In this document: in pieces, positions 12,344-25,232 of the stretch
Numbering within the stretch: the first letter of the stretch is position 1
Layout: every line of letters begins with the position of its first letter
Assembly (NCBI RefSeq): GCF_001194135.2
Contig: NC_068992.1
Coordinates: forward strand, 33,192,366 to 33,256,365
Direction of reading: 5' to 3'
DNA: 64,000 bases
DNA from: Octopus bimaculoides
Lineage: Eukaryota
Notes under the pieces: model-generated
What the model saw: only the letters and a program-made list of their open reading frames with translations
What the model was told of the DNA's origin: nothing
Database searches by the model: none
Translations under genes and position numbers: made by a program

Positions 12344-12834
12344 GTCTGTGTGTGTGTGTGTGTGTGTGTGGTGGTTGATTCACTTTGTACCAGTGAGGTA
12401 AATGTTTCCATTGTTTCGTTTTCTTTTTCATATTGTTACCTAAATGTAGAGGGGGTGTGATGTTTCGAGCATGACTCCTTATCAGAAAGAAGAGGAAAAA
12501 GTCCAGAGAGAAGGAAAAGTATAGTTAAAAAACAGCACATGTCATTATATGGCTAAAAAGTAATGTGTGTGTGCATATNNNNNNNNNNNNNNNNNNNNNN
12601 NNNNNNNNNNNNNNNNNNNNNNNNNNNNNNNNNNNNNNNNNNNNNNNNNNNNNNNNNNNNNNNNNNNNNNNNNNNNNNNNNNNNNNNNNNNNNNNNNNNN
12701 NNNNNNNNNNNNNNNNNNNNNNNNNNNNNNNNNNNNNNNNNNNNNNNNNNNNNNNNNNNNNNNNNNNNNNNNNNNNNNNNNNNNNNNNNNNNNNNNNNNN
12801 NNNNNNNNNNNNNNNNNNNNNNNNNNNNNNNNNN

Positions 12835-13116
12835 TATATTAGTTAATTAAATTCCAATTTAGTCTGGTTTTTGTGTTTTATTATCTGCAAGTTTTACAAT
12901 TTTACAATTTTACAATATTGAAATAAACTAGTACTTTCATTCATTACACAATCAATAGGTTTATGCAGTGACAGTCGTGTTCTACAGTCATTATATAAAC
13001 CTGATGATTATGTGACACATGAACGTACTAGTTTATTTCAATATTGTAAAATTGTAAAATTTGCAAATAATAAAACATGAAAATCAGACTAAGTTGGAAT
13101 TTCATTGATTAATATA
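12835..13116. mobile_element. ~280-bp hairpin (MITE/foldback)
   Basis: The left arm aaattccaatttagtctgg...ttttacaatattgaaataaactagtac pairs with the right arm gtactagtttatttcaatattgtaaaa...tcagactaagttggaattt. Confidence 0.85.
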
Positions 13117-13852
13117 TTGTTCTATACACAATCATACAAACTCAGATATAGATATAAATTAGCACTTCCAGCATAACTCAGATAGGTTGCTTATAATACA
13201 AATAGACTGCAGTGAAAGTCCTTCAAAATCATTTCATGCAAATGCTAAGAAGTTGATGAAATTTCATCAGTACCACGGGATGGCATTACCATATTATGTG
13301 ATTTCCCCATGATGTGGTTCATCAGTGGCAGCTAGTTAAGCTCCAAATGCCTGAATGAAAACCTGTCAAACTGATATTGAATGTTACTGGCAAAACAACC
13401 AATGATGTTGTAAAAAGCTAGTGGATCATGTATAAGTTAGCTATTAGAGACAGAAGTAGTCTTTGTAACAAACATTAATTAGAACATCCAACCTAACTTT
13501 GATGTGTTATAAAACCATTAACTGTTGTGATCATCCCCAAAAACTCATTTCATGTAAGCAACAAATGCTAAGAAGCATCTTAATGGGTTAGCCAAAGCTT
13601 TGTGTGTGGATATGGTAAACAGAAACTGAAAGAAACCCTTGTGTGTGTATGTGTGTATTATCGAGCAGTTGAGGGGAGGGGAACAAACAGAGTCACGTTG
13701 TTCCCCTCTCCTCAATTGTTTGACATCCCCTTAATTTAGCATTTTGTCTTAAGGGGCTGACAGAATATGTTTAAAAATAGAAGAAATACTGGGGTCAATT
13801 TTTTCATCTAAAGCAATTCAAGAAGGTGTCTCAGCATTGCTACTTTTTTTTC

Positions 13853-14441
13853 TACTCTAGGCACAAGGCCCGAAATTAGATCAGCCCCATTGTGGAATTG
13901 GTACTTAATTTATCAACCCTGAAAGGATGAAAGGCAAAGTCAACCTCAGCAGAATTTGAACTCAGAGCATAAAAACAGACAAAATACTTATTTCTTTATT
14001 GCTCACAAGGGGCTAAACATAGAGGACAAACAAGGACAGACAAAGGGATTAAGTCGATTACATCGACCCCAGTGCGTAACAGGTACTTAATTTATCGATC
14101 CTGAAAGGATGAAAGGCGAAGTCAACCTTGGCAGAATTTGAACTCAGAACGTAGCGGCAGAACATTTCATCCAGCGTGTTAACGTTTCTGCCAGCACACC
14201 GCCTTAACAAAAACAGACGAAATACTGCTAAGTATTTTGGTAAGCTGGCAGAAACGTTAGCACACTGGGCGAAATGCTTAGCAGCATTTCAACTGTCTTT
14301 AAGTTCTGAGATCTCCGCAGAGGTCAACTTTGCCTTTCATCTTTTCAGGGTCGAGAAATTAAGTACCGGTTTCATACTGGCGTCGATCTAATCGACTGGC
14401 ACCCCCTCCCCAAACATTTTGTGCCTTGTGCCTAGAGTAGA

Positions 14442-14443
<2 letters not shown>
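13853..14443. mobile_element. Cluster of three family B SINEs: minus copy, nested minus copy, plus copy
   Basis: The inner copy 13989-14208 is flanked by AAAAACAGAC(A/G)AAATACT at 13971-13988 and 14209-14226. The outer ends ttctactctaggcacaaggc and gccttgtgcctagagtagaa are inverted. Confidence 0.85.
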
Positions 14444-14481
<38 letters not shown>

Positions 14482-16279
14482 CTTGGGCATACACACACAC
14501 ACACACACATACATACCATGGGCCTGTGTTCTGTGTCTTCTACTATAGACTTAGGCCAATTGATGCCTTTTGAGTGAATTTGGTTGACAGAAGCAGTACA
14601 AAGCCTTTCATGCATTATCTTATCAATAAATTGTCTGAGGTTTGGAAGATAAATGGAATGTAAACTCCATTAGTTGAAAACAGGCACAGTTTAATAAGAG
14701 TATGGGTTTCCTACTGTAATTCAAGCCCCAGTAATATATATTTATTTATGTCTATTCCATGCTGTTATGAAAAAATAGATGCCAGACAAAATGAATGAAT
14801 AATACACACACACCAAGACACACATATATGCACACATAAATATGTGCAATACATACATAAATACATAATAAATATATGCATACATATATACATACCTATG
14901 ATTTATTCATATGAAAAGCGAGGAAATTGGTAACATTCATAATATTTATGATTTATCAGTAATAGTTGCTGTCTGAGTTATCATACACTTTAAAAAAATC
15001 TCGACTGTAAAGAATTAAAATAAATGTATTCACATTTCTATATATATTTTCAACTGATAAAACATAGCATATGCTTTGTACTTCTATAAAGTTTTGTAAA
15101 AAGATTTACTACAAAGAAGAACATAGAAATCAAAATAACGAAATCTGTACTAAATAGGAAAAAAACCCATATAAAGCCATTTTATTTTCCAATAATCTGT
15201 TCTGAAATATTTTATTTTCTCAGTAGCTCTTCAAGTCATTGCACAGCTGAAGCTTCCAACCAAAACCTAAGAACCTTATTTTCTTACTTAGATGCTTTTA
15301 AATTTATTTTTTAATGCTAAAAATAGCAATTGTTTTCACTGCAATCACATTTTGAATAATTGGAGAAGAAAGTATTTGTCTTCTTCCCAGTGCATTTCTA
15401 AACAAAGTATGATTTGTTTCTTTGTGAAAGCTGCTACATTTTGTCAAATCCTATTCTAACTTTGATGGTAAAACAGTAAATGTATGCATGGCTACATCTT
15501 TCTGAAAGATATTTTAGCTCTCTCTTGCCAAATATCCATGAAGTTTTGTGGAGGCTGGTTTAAATGGTAGATGGTAGATATTGTATCTCTTTAGTTGAGA
15601 AATAAATTCCTTTGACCTATGTTGAAATTTTTTCTTTCTTTTTTGCAATAAAATAAAGGGTTTCCCATCAAAGTGAGCGATTAAATATCTATCTGTCAAT
15701 ACAAATAAGTTGGCCATTATATTTCAAGATAATTTATTGATAAATTCTTGATATCTAGAAAGCTTTTAGGGGTATTGATGGCAGAGTTGGTAGAATATTA
15801 GACAAAATGTCTTGTAGTATTTAATTATGCTCATTATGCTGCAAGCTTAAATTCCATCAGTGTCAACATAAGACTTAACTTTCATACAAAAACAAGTAGT
15901 AACCAGGCACTGAGATCGGTTTTAAATTACCTGAACTCTGTCTAAATAATGTATGGCCTTGTTCTAATGTTAAAAGCTAATATTTGTAAACATGTCAATT
16001 TAATGTACTTTCAATGAATGCTATAACCTGAGAGAGGAAATAATACATGATGTATGTATTATGTATTTTTTTGGATTAAATTATGGTTATGTCTTTACAA
16101 ATAATATTGATTAGTGGTTCTTAAGATTTGTTGCCCAATCATACTGTTCACTATGTTTCAGAATGTCTTTACCCTCTTTCCATGATTTTCTATGTCAAAA
16201 GGTATATTCCAAATAATATGCATACAATATGAAAACTCTTTCATTTGTTCTTATATTAGTACATTTATATTTACTGATA

Positions 16280-16619
16280 GTGAAGGCATATGGCTCAGTG
16301 GTTAGAGCGTCGAGCTTACAATCATGAGGTTGTGAGTTCGAGTCCCAGACCGGGCTGTGTGCTGTGTTCTTGAGCAAGACACCTTATTTCACATTGCTCC
16401 AGTTCACTCAACTGTAGAAATGGGTTGTGACGTCACAGGTGCCAAGCTGTATCGGGCTTTGCCTTTCTCTTGGATAACACTGGTGGTGTGGAGAGGGGTG
16501 GCCGGTATGCATGGGTGACTGCTGGTCTTCCATAAACAACCTTGCCTGGACTTGTACCTGGGAGGGTAACTTTCTAGGTGCAATCCCATTGTCAGTCATG
16601 ACCAAAGGGGGTCTCAGCA
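16280..16619 (+). mobile_element. Full-length tRNA-derived SINE (family C) with 11-bp TSD
   Basis: Box A TGGCTCAGTGG (16291) and box B GTTCGAGTCC, then ~270 bp of non-tRNA body. The TSD ATTTACTGATA is at 16269-16279 and 16620-16630. Confidence 0.9.
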
Positions 16620-16779
16620 ATTTACTGATACTATTTTTATAAGCGATTTAGAAAATGATTGCCAACAGAAAATGCTGGTAGATTTTGGTACTTGAACAAC
16701 AGTAGGTTCTTAATAGTCAGAACTAATTTCTTAACAGATTAAAGTTACTTAAACATATTTTAATAGAATACTATAGTAT

Positions 16780-19000
16780 TGTGATTCATTTCATTTTAAT
16801 GACAAGAACACAATGCAGCTCATTTTTAATTTCCAATCAACTTCATTTCTTTGCTTTGTTTTTGAGTGTGCTGAAAAGCCTAAATCACAATAAGTTGACA
16901 CAATGGCGTGTATAGTCCTTTCTGCCAATTTTCCTTATAAACCACACATGATGGGCTAAAATTTTGCTATACATTTCTCATTGAAATTATCCCTTCCTAC
17001 CAAATCATCATCATCTTGTCAATCATCAGGAATTTTTTTGATAATGATTTTCAGCTAATGGATTTCACATAAAATTCAACTCACCATCATTGACCTCAGA
17101 ATGATGAATTTACTGAATTCATTTTGTTATGATGTCAACTGCAGCAAGATTTTTGTTTCTTTTCCTAATTTTCGTTTTATTTTATTTTATTTATCATCTA
17201 TTTATTTTTTTTTTTTTTTTATTGTTTTGGCATAATTTGGGAGCAATTGATCTTTACCGACAGCAACAAGAAATGATGATAGTTTCTTAAAAATTGCAAC
17301 ATTTTTTAATGCTAATTTTTCTCTTCCAGTCATCATCTTTGTTTATGACAGCTTTCAAAAAATCAATGAATTATGCATCTGAAGATTTAGATTATTCAAC
17401 TGTTCAAAAAAGATCAACTACATAGGCAATGCACATGATCTATTTTTCAACGTTCAGCTATGCAAAGACTTCCATCTTACTTTGAACTTCAAAAAGTTGA
17501 GTTCATCATCTCTAAACCCAAATACTAACCCAAATTTTGAAAGCTACTGGTAAAAAGAAGCAAAAGATAACCTGCTTCCATGTCCATAATGAACTGATAG
17601 AAAGCTTGTAAGTCAAGAGCACTTCCTTTGACAAAATTTACAATTTGAAATATTTGATCCAAATCTCTGTTAAGGAATTTGGAAGTGTTTTTGCAGACAT
17701 TAACTGAAAATATTGCCTATGTTCTTTCTCTACAAAACCCCTAGATATTATCTCACAAAATATTTTCTTATTCCATGACAGATGTAACTTCTCCAAAAAT
17801 ACGTGGGGGCTACCCAAAAGTAACCAGAAACGTTTTCTGTGAGACAAGCCCATTGTAGTTTGGGCTTCCACTGCTAGAGGCCACTTGATGCAATCCACAG
17901 GCATCAGTATACCAATCCTCCTTATGGAATGGTGTTGTACTGCCACATGATGCATTTTTGTTTTGCAGTGCTTTTCTCCTATTTGTTAATTTTTGCGATG
18001 GCTGAAACGAAAAAACTGGGTGCTTCCATGAAATTCTGTTTACTGCTGGGGAAAACCGTGATCAAAACAGTTTTCATGCTTCAAACAGCTTACAAGGGTG
18101 TTGCCGTGAGCAAAACACAAGCTTACAAGTGGTTTTCACGTTTTAGTAACGTCTCTTGTTGCTTGAAGCCTAACTTTGTTCAGGGCGACCGATGACCTCC
18201 TGAACCAATGAAAACATCACCTAAACTCATGAACTGATCTTCGAGGACCATCACTGAACAATTGACGAATTTGTTGATATGACTCATGTGTCCTGGAGCT
18301 CCTGCCAATTAACTTTTAGTGAGGAATTGCAAATGAAATGAGTTACAGCAACATTTGTGTCTCGCTCATGGATGATCAAAAGCCTTGAGTGTGAGACAGT
18401 TTTGGGACAAAAATGGCATGAGCCCACTTACCCACCCTTCTTATTCACCTGATTTTCTTCCTTGTGACTTCCCCCAAATGGAAAAAGTCTTTAAAGGATA
18501 CCATTTTGCACTGGAGGAAGACGTGATGGAAAAAACAATGGCGGTATTAAAAGATATCACTTTGCAAAAGTTCCAAGACTGCTTCAAAAAGTAGAAAATG
18601 CATCTGGACCAATACATTACTTCAAATGGAGAATACTTTGAAGGTGATTATAGTGTAAACACGTGAAGCTAAGAATAAAATATTGCAAAATTCCAGTTTC
18701 TTTTGGATACCCACTCGTATCTACACAGTGACTGGGAACATGGTGTTACATCAGTTGATTCTTGATAATTTTACTCAAAATTTAATGAAACGCTGCAGAC
18801 TTGATCTCTTGCATAAGGTGATTTATTATGTTAATGGTTCTGTCACTTATCCTTCTTTGAACAGCTTCTGATAATGAAGCTGTTTAATTTTCTCCATTAT
18901 AACAATAAAATTTATGGCATTTTGAAAACACTACATTTGATCAAATTTTTTCCATAACTCTAATTCTATGATATAAAACTCTTCAATAATTTGTTCATTT
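16780..19000 (-). mobile_element. Degenerate hAT (Buster/Charlie-like) transposase, interrupted by a mariner
   Basis: Minus-strand pieces in colinear order: SLSEAVQRRISD, QESTDVTPCSQ, DIFGEVTS, HRQ..AKTLPNSL, IVNFVKGSAL, IAYVVDLF/EQLNNLNLQM and STYCDLGFS..KTKQRN (dimerisation domain). Confidence 0.8.
17802..18717 (+). mobile_element. Internally deleted mariner (916 bp)
   Basis: TA flanks and imperfect TIRs (CGTGGGGGCTACCCAAAAGTAACCAGAA / CGAGTGGGTATCCAAAAGAAACTGGAA). Contains N-terminal MKFCLLLGKT..YKWFSRF and C-terminal HPSYSPDFLPCDF. Confidence 0.9.
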
Positions 19001-19249
19001 ATTTCTTGAAATGCTCCTGTTGGGTTAAAAATTCTGTGACTAATAAACCAGAATAAGCCAAAGACAACTACAACTGAATATTTCCAGCAATAAAATGTGA
19101 GATGCTTAACTATATTTTTTATTTTAAATTGAGATTTTACAGAATATCACAGATTAAATTAAAAGCAAACTACAGTTTTACAGACTATACATGATCTTCT
19201 GGATATAATACTTAGAAAGGTTTACCTGCAATGGACCTCAGAGTGCTAA

Positions 19250-20090
19250 TGAATTCCGACCATGAATAACCAATGAGAGAGAAGAAACTCTACTCTGCAT
19301 GGAATTACATGGTTAGTTTCAGTATGAAACTAACAACTTAAAATAACAGGAAGCATCATGGAGGTGTCTCAGCAAGGGTAACCTTAAAAGGAAGACTGAA
19401 AGCGTAAGCATTGTTGCAAGGAACTAGGCATTAAATACCAACTCAGTGAAAAAAGATATATACCAGACGAGTGCAATAAACCTCTGCAGAATGTGTTGGA
19501 AGAGGGTTGAAAGTGTGACACATTGTTAGTGCTTCTGAAAGTTTTGTGCAGAAAGAGTACAAGCACAGACACGACAAGGTAGCCCAAAACCTTCACTGGC
19601 CACTATGCCAGAAGTATTGATATGATATAACAGGTCCTTGGTACCAACATACACCAGAAAAGGTAATTGGCAAAAAGGGGAAGACAAAGCTACTTTGGGG
19701 CTCTGATTTCCAGTCAGACAAGGTGTTAGTGCACTGAAGGCCAGATATAGTAACCTTTAGGAAGGACAAACAAGAGTGCTTAATAATTGATGTGGCAGTG
19801 CCAGGAGACCAAAATATTATCATGAAAAAATGACAAAAGTTAGATAAAAATAGAGACCTAAGAATCGAGATCGTCAAGATGTGATAGCTACAAGAGTCAA
19901 ACATAAAGGTTGTCCCTGTTGTCATCAGAGCATTGAGTCCAATACCTCTCAACTTGAAGAAGCATCTTGAAACTTTAGAAATGCCCTACAATCTTGGTAT
20001 ATTGCAAAAACTGGCTTTACTTCGAATTGCCTGCACATTTTGCTTAAAGTACTGTCAGTCAGAGGTCCTTGTGACTTGACAGACAGTACA
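19250..20090 (+). mobile_element. R4/Dong-like LINE 3' fragment (zinc knuckle and restriction-like endonuclease)
   Basis: CRMC..ESVTH/IVSA, RHDKVAQNLHW.LC, WYQHTPEKV, RPDIV, CLIIDVAVPGD and VVPVVIRAL, with stops and frameshifts. Confidence 0.88.
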
Positions 20091-20849
20091 AACCCCTGGT
20101 AGACACAATATCTTCAACCTACAAGATCACAATATTGGATATTGGGCAACGTCTTCAACATAATAATAATAATAATGATAATAGTATTTTCTAAAGATTT
20201 ACAAAAAAAATGGACTGAAGCTGGTACAGGACAGCACATGACAATGTGGTGTGCTATATACAGTAAAATAACAGAAACAAAGAAGCAAAAACTGCAATCA
20301 AGAACTACTTCCCTAAAAAAAGGAAACTTCCAAGGGCAGCTTATTGAAATACCACAAAAGCATGGTCTCCCTGACAACAAAGGCAAGTGCCGTCTCCCTA
20401 TCCTCCTCTGTCAATTTATAGGCACATGTTCAGAGCCACCCCATTCACTTGGAACATCCATTCTTGCCACTCTCATTTACCTTTTGTTGTAAAGCAGTCT
20501 TTTGCCACTGTTGTATCTGTCTTTTGATGATGGTTGTCACTCCAACAGATATTGTTATATTACAAAGTTATCAATAGAATGTCTCTATCTGGCACTGTAC
20601 AACCCCCAGTCATACAGTGTTATTATCCTCAAAAGGTTGGACCATTATAACATCCACTCAGTATCACAGTATAATTACTATATCAGCTCAGACACAACTA
20701 TCAACACAGTCTACATGTACACTCAACCTTCTCAAACTTCTCCTGTTGACCGGCTACTGGTCTATTTATACTGGTTGGCTACTACCACTTTTTACCGGGA
20801 GGGATGTACAGTTTTACTATACAACACATTTCAACAAATTTGTTGGAAG

Positions 20850-22650
20850 GTAGCACTTCTTCATCCACACTCTCTTTCCTTTTCTAGTGAAACTTGAAAT
20901 GTTGATGAGAGCTTAGCTAGAGAAGTTGTCTAGTTCTCAGCCCTTTTAGTATGATCTACCACACAAGTTTTAAGATAAGGCTAGCATACAAATAAACACT
21001 GCCTGTCCATCCTGGCAATAGGAAGGGGTCAGGATTATCTTTAAAATTGATTCAGCTAGTAGCCAGCCCTGTCCTACATATGACACAAAGTTATTTGGCA
21101 TAAAGCCACAAGTCAGCAAGGCTTGGATACTCTATGAGTGCATGAAGAACAGTATCATCTCTCTGTACATGTCCTTAGCAGGCCTGGCTGATGGCCCTTT
21201 TGTGTCAGTAGGGTCTATCTCAATCCAGCAATGTCTGCTGGTAGCAATTTCAAGTCAGATATTTTTGGAAATTATCCATAAATACTGGCCTGAAAGTTTT
21301 CCATAACAAAGCAGTCAGTTGACTTTTGTCATTGCCCAGCATTTTTCCACGAATGTCATTGATCTTACCTGCCATTAAACTTCTAAATGCCAAAGTGGAA
21401 TTTCCATCAACTGCATTACCCAACTGATAGAAGGCTATGAACACCTCAAGATGCTCTGGGTGCCAAACACCCTGCTTAAGCCTATATTTTATCCAGCAGT
21501 GCATCCTTGTCAAAGAAGCTGTGGAAAAGTGAATCTGACAAAAAAGTGACCACAACTGCTCATCAGTAAGGAAACACTGAGGATGTCACAACCTCAATGC
21601 ATGTTTGTACATCCTCAGCTATGTCCGGCGCAGTCTTCCATTCAGCAGGTATTGACCAGAAATGTATCCATTCCACTGTATGGTGAGATCTGAACTAGAA
21701 AAAGGCATGGTGACCAGGTGGTAATACATGATGGAGGTGATGTAAATGTTTGCCACTTTTGCTGGACCTTTCAAGAACAGCTTCTTTTCAGCCCATTTCT
21801 GGGTGAGATCAGCCATCTACTCATCCCAGTTTTTCTCCACTTTGAGTAATTTAACTGGTCCTTCTCACGATGCTGTTGAATGATATCGACTAGTCTCTGT
21901 AGTTGCTAAGCCATAGGCTCTCTGACTTTTATTAGTTAAATTTTGGTCCTGTGATCACCTCATAGTCTCCTTGAACAGGGCCGATCACCTCTATGTTCCT
22001 AGTGTCTAACACTGAGATGGCAATATCTGCATATGCTGATAAGAATCTTCCACATACTAGTCTGAGCAGAATGCACCTCAATGTTTCTGGTTTCTGCAGT
22101 AGTGTCCCAAGAGTTGATACACAGAGAAGAGAGGAGATAGGACAATCTTCACAAGTTGAATGCATGGTACTCAATGGTTCTGATAGATGCCTATCCACCC
22201 CAAGCTATTGAGCAGATTTGCGGCAATCCAACAGTACATTGTAGCAATACAACAGCAAATGATGGGACCACAACTGGGCTCTCTTAAAACAACTCTCAAG
22301 TATTGATGGTCAACCTATCGAGAGCCTTTAATTGATTTAAACTGATCAGGGCCACACCCATGTCAGTCTCTTTCCCTCCCTTTCTATGGTGTATCACATA
22401 AGGTGGAGATTGCCATGGATAGATCTGTTCAGAATGTTGTATGTTTGAACATCACCAATTAGACCCTCAATGGCAAGTGCCAACTTCTTTGCTAACATCT
22501 GGGATAACATTTTAACATCTGCATTTAACAAGTGTTTATAGACTTAAAGTTATCAATAAAAATCTTCCTTGTTTGGATCCTTTCTTAACAGTTCCACTAC
22601 TCCTCAACTCACAGAACTGGGATTTATGGTAGATATATCTCTGTTACTGG
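20850..22650 (-). mobile_element. Tx1/L1-clade LINE fragment (RT and C-terminus), degenerate
   Basis: Minus strand: LLNADVKMLSQMLAKKL, SIHGNLHLM, LNQLKALDR/VDHQYL, CPISSLLCV.TL, SAYADI (RT YADD site) and KGPAKVANIYITSIMYY. Confidence 0.85.
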
Positions 22651-22915
22651 TGTTATCAAAAACTGCACCCACTAGACTCAGTAAAGTGATTGGTATGAGG
22701 AAAGGCAAGCAGCCTAGAAACTATGCCAAAAATTAGCATTGGAAAAACATACAGTTCTCTAACACACCAAAATTTTTCAAATTGTTCAACCATTGCCTGC
22801 ACAAAATGTGGATGTAAAATGATGAAGACAATGATGATGGCCATACGAATGGTAGCAAAGATGATTATGATGATGATGATGATGATGATGAGGATGATGG
22901 TGATGATGATGGTAT
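22650..22915 (+). mobile_element. RTE-type 3' end with (GAT)n tail
   Basis: Degenerate match to the 3' terminus at 62990-63164 (aggaaaggca..agaaact..gccaaa; aaccat..gtgga..taaatgatg). Confidence 0.65.
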
Positions 22916-23149
22916 GCATTCTATAATCTATATCATGGAACCTCTTTGATTGTCCATTTATGTTTTCCTTGTGGCTATTAAGGAGAAAATTACTTCAGTT
23001 ACTGTAATTCTTCCATAGAATAGAAAGATACCTTGGGTGAGCAAACTGAATCACACTTGAATGACAGTGGAAATCATAGTGAATTCCTCTACAGAAACTA
23101 GCTTTATACCACTGTATTCTGAGTTCAAATAATACAATGCATGAGTGAA

Positions 23150-23350
23150 AAGTTAAGGAGGTGGCAAAATTGTTAGAATACTGAACAAAATGCTTAGTGT
23201 CCTGAGTTCCATTAAGTCGATTTTGCCTTTCATTCTTTTGGAGGAAGTGGAAACTGCAATAAATTAAGTACCAGTTGTGCACTGGGTTCGATGTTATTGA
23301 CTTTCCTCCTCCCACCGCCAACTGCTGGTCTTGTGCTAAGATCTGAAGCC
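23150..23350 (+). mobile_element. SINE family B copy, degenerate
   Basis: gaacaaaatgcttagt, ttttgcctttcattc, aaattaagtaccagttgtgcactgg and tail ggtcttgtgc. Confidence 0.7.
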
Positions 23351-25185
23351 ATTATTTCAAGAGTGATTATCAAATATTTAGTCAGCTCATACTAATCACC
23401 TGTACCATTCCCTAGAAACAAATGTAATAAATCATGAATAACAATTGTAACGGCAATAACGTTATTACTAGTAGTTGTTTAACTAAATCTCTTGTTGTTG
23501 TTGTTGTCAATTTTTTTCCTACTACTGCTGTTGCTGTTCTTGGAGCCATAAACTGTCCCTGATCAAATAGATATATGATCAAATGTATACAAGCCACAAG
23601 TAACCATTGCATCAAATTTTTTATGAATGGTATATTCCTAGACTATATTATCATGTTTTCTTCTTTTAAAACAGCAGCATGTAGTTTCAATAAAATTAAG
23701 CTGCTTTTCCTAGCATATCACATGACTACATAGAGGCTCTTCTTTAGCATGAATTAATGGGTTAGAAACATTACAGAATATAATATGTAAAAAAAGCATC
23801 GGAAGGGTGATGCATACCTTGCACACAGATAAGATTTTTCACAAATTATAGTATGGTTTAAATGTGTTGCTTACCCATACTTTTTACTTGAACTAAGTGA
23901 AGCTTTATGTTTGACTAAAAGAAGATTAGAAGCCTAAGAATGGTGAAATTAAGAAATCAACTTGTAAACAAATGAAACGCTCGAATCCATTACTGGACAC
24001 ACATACTCACACACACAGTCACATATCTATGTATGTATGTACCCACACGTGTCTATGCACATAAGTACACCATGATCTATACACAAGCAGACAAGGGCCA
24101 ATTCATATAAAAAATAATGAAATACTAATAGCAAATATTGCATAACAACATCTTTCAATGATGGAACATGATTCAAATGTACCATAGTTCGTTGTAGGGC
24201 ATAAATTATATGACCACTTGCTTATGAGGAAATTTGAAAGTTTAATTTTCTTTTAATTTATTTAATCAGAATTATAGATATTTATACTCCAGTGAAATTA
24301 AAAAATCATCTCATAAATAAACAAAACCTTTGAATCCATCACTGTACACACACACATACACACACACAGAATTGTATATCAATGTGTGTATTTATGTATG
24401 TTTGAAGATAATCAAACCAAATTTTCATCATTTCGAGCCACTCACCCAATGAGTATTACTGCCAAATCTGGTGAAAATCCAGTCAGCCATTTTCCAGTAA
24501 TTTTGAAAAAAAACACAGACAAACAGGCAAAGATCAGTGATTACAACACCCTGCTTTCGCTTATGCACACAGGGTAAAAATACTGGATTAGATATTTTAT
24601 TATAGTCTTGAAACTTCACTGTGTTGTTTTCAAATAATTCAACATTCAAGTACCAGGAATATATTGAATATACGAGTACCAAATTAGCATTTGCCTGTTT
24701 ACAAAAAAGCACACTGCACTTGTAAAAGAACCATTGTAACTATTATCACCCATTTTCTCTTTCCTTTCTCTTTTTTTTTATCTGTGACACTTAATTTAAC
24801 ATCCTAAAAGTACTGATGACAGAAACTTTTCTGCAATTCAGTACAATGCTATAATGCCAGCTATGCTGGAATATTAACAATTGAATGAGACTTAATTATT
24901 ATCAGTGTCTTGTTGCTATTGCTAATTCCATCTTTGCTTAAAGTCATCCTTTATCATGCAATCCAAGCCCTTGAATTGTATCTTAAAATTCAATAGATAC
25001 AGTTTTAGTGTTCAACTTTTTGACACTTTTACAGAACATGATCACTAGATTGCAGCAATTCTCTCTTTTGAAACCTCAGAAGGTATAAACCATTGAAACA
25101 TTATTATCTACATCATAAGAAGCAACACACACATACACATACACACACATGTTCACATGCACATGTACAGTGCTCAGTCACTTAC

Positions 25186-25232
25186 GTGTTTAATCATACA
25201 TTGACAAAGTAGAATCCTACTAGAACACCAGC
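25186..25232 (-). other. Candidate 47-nt exon (unverified)
   Basis: Acceptor ctttttcccag and donor CAC|gtaagt. One open frame (xWCSSRILLCQCMIKH). No homology recognised. Confidence 0.2.

Noticed and set aside
15100-15717. Possible SPIN/GTF2IRD2-like hAT N-terminus on the minus strand (YLIAHFDGKPFILL)
   Set aside because: Only vague motif resemblance, with no catalytic motif readable.
16284-16356. tRNA-Val(TAC)-like gene
   Set aside because: The acceptor and anticodon stems pair poorly, and the sequence continues into a 340-bp TSD-flanked body; it is a SINE head.
20114-20897. ORFs of 78-131 aa between the Dong and Tx1 fragments
   Set aside because: No domain, splice or codon signal; probably UTR or antisense TE sequence.
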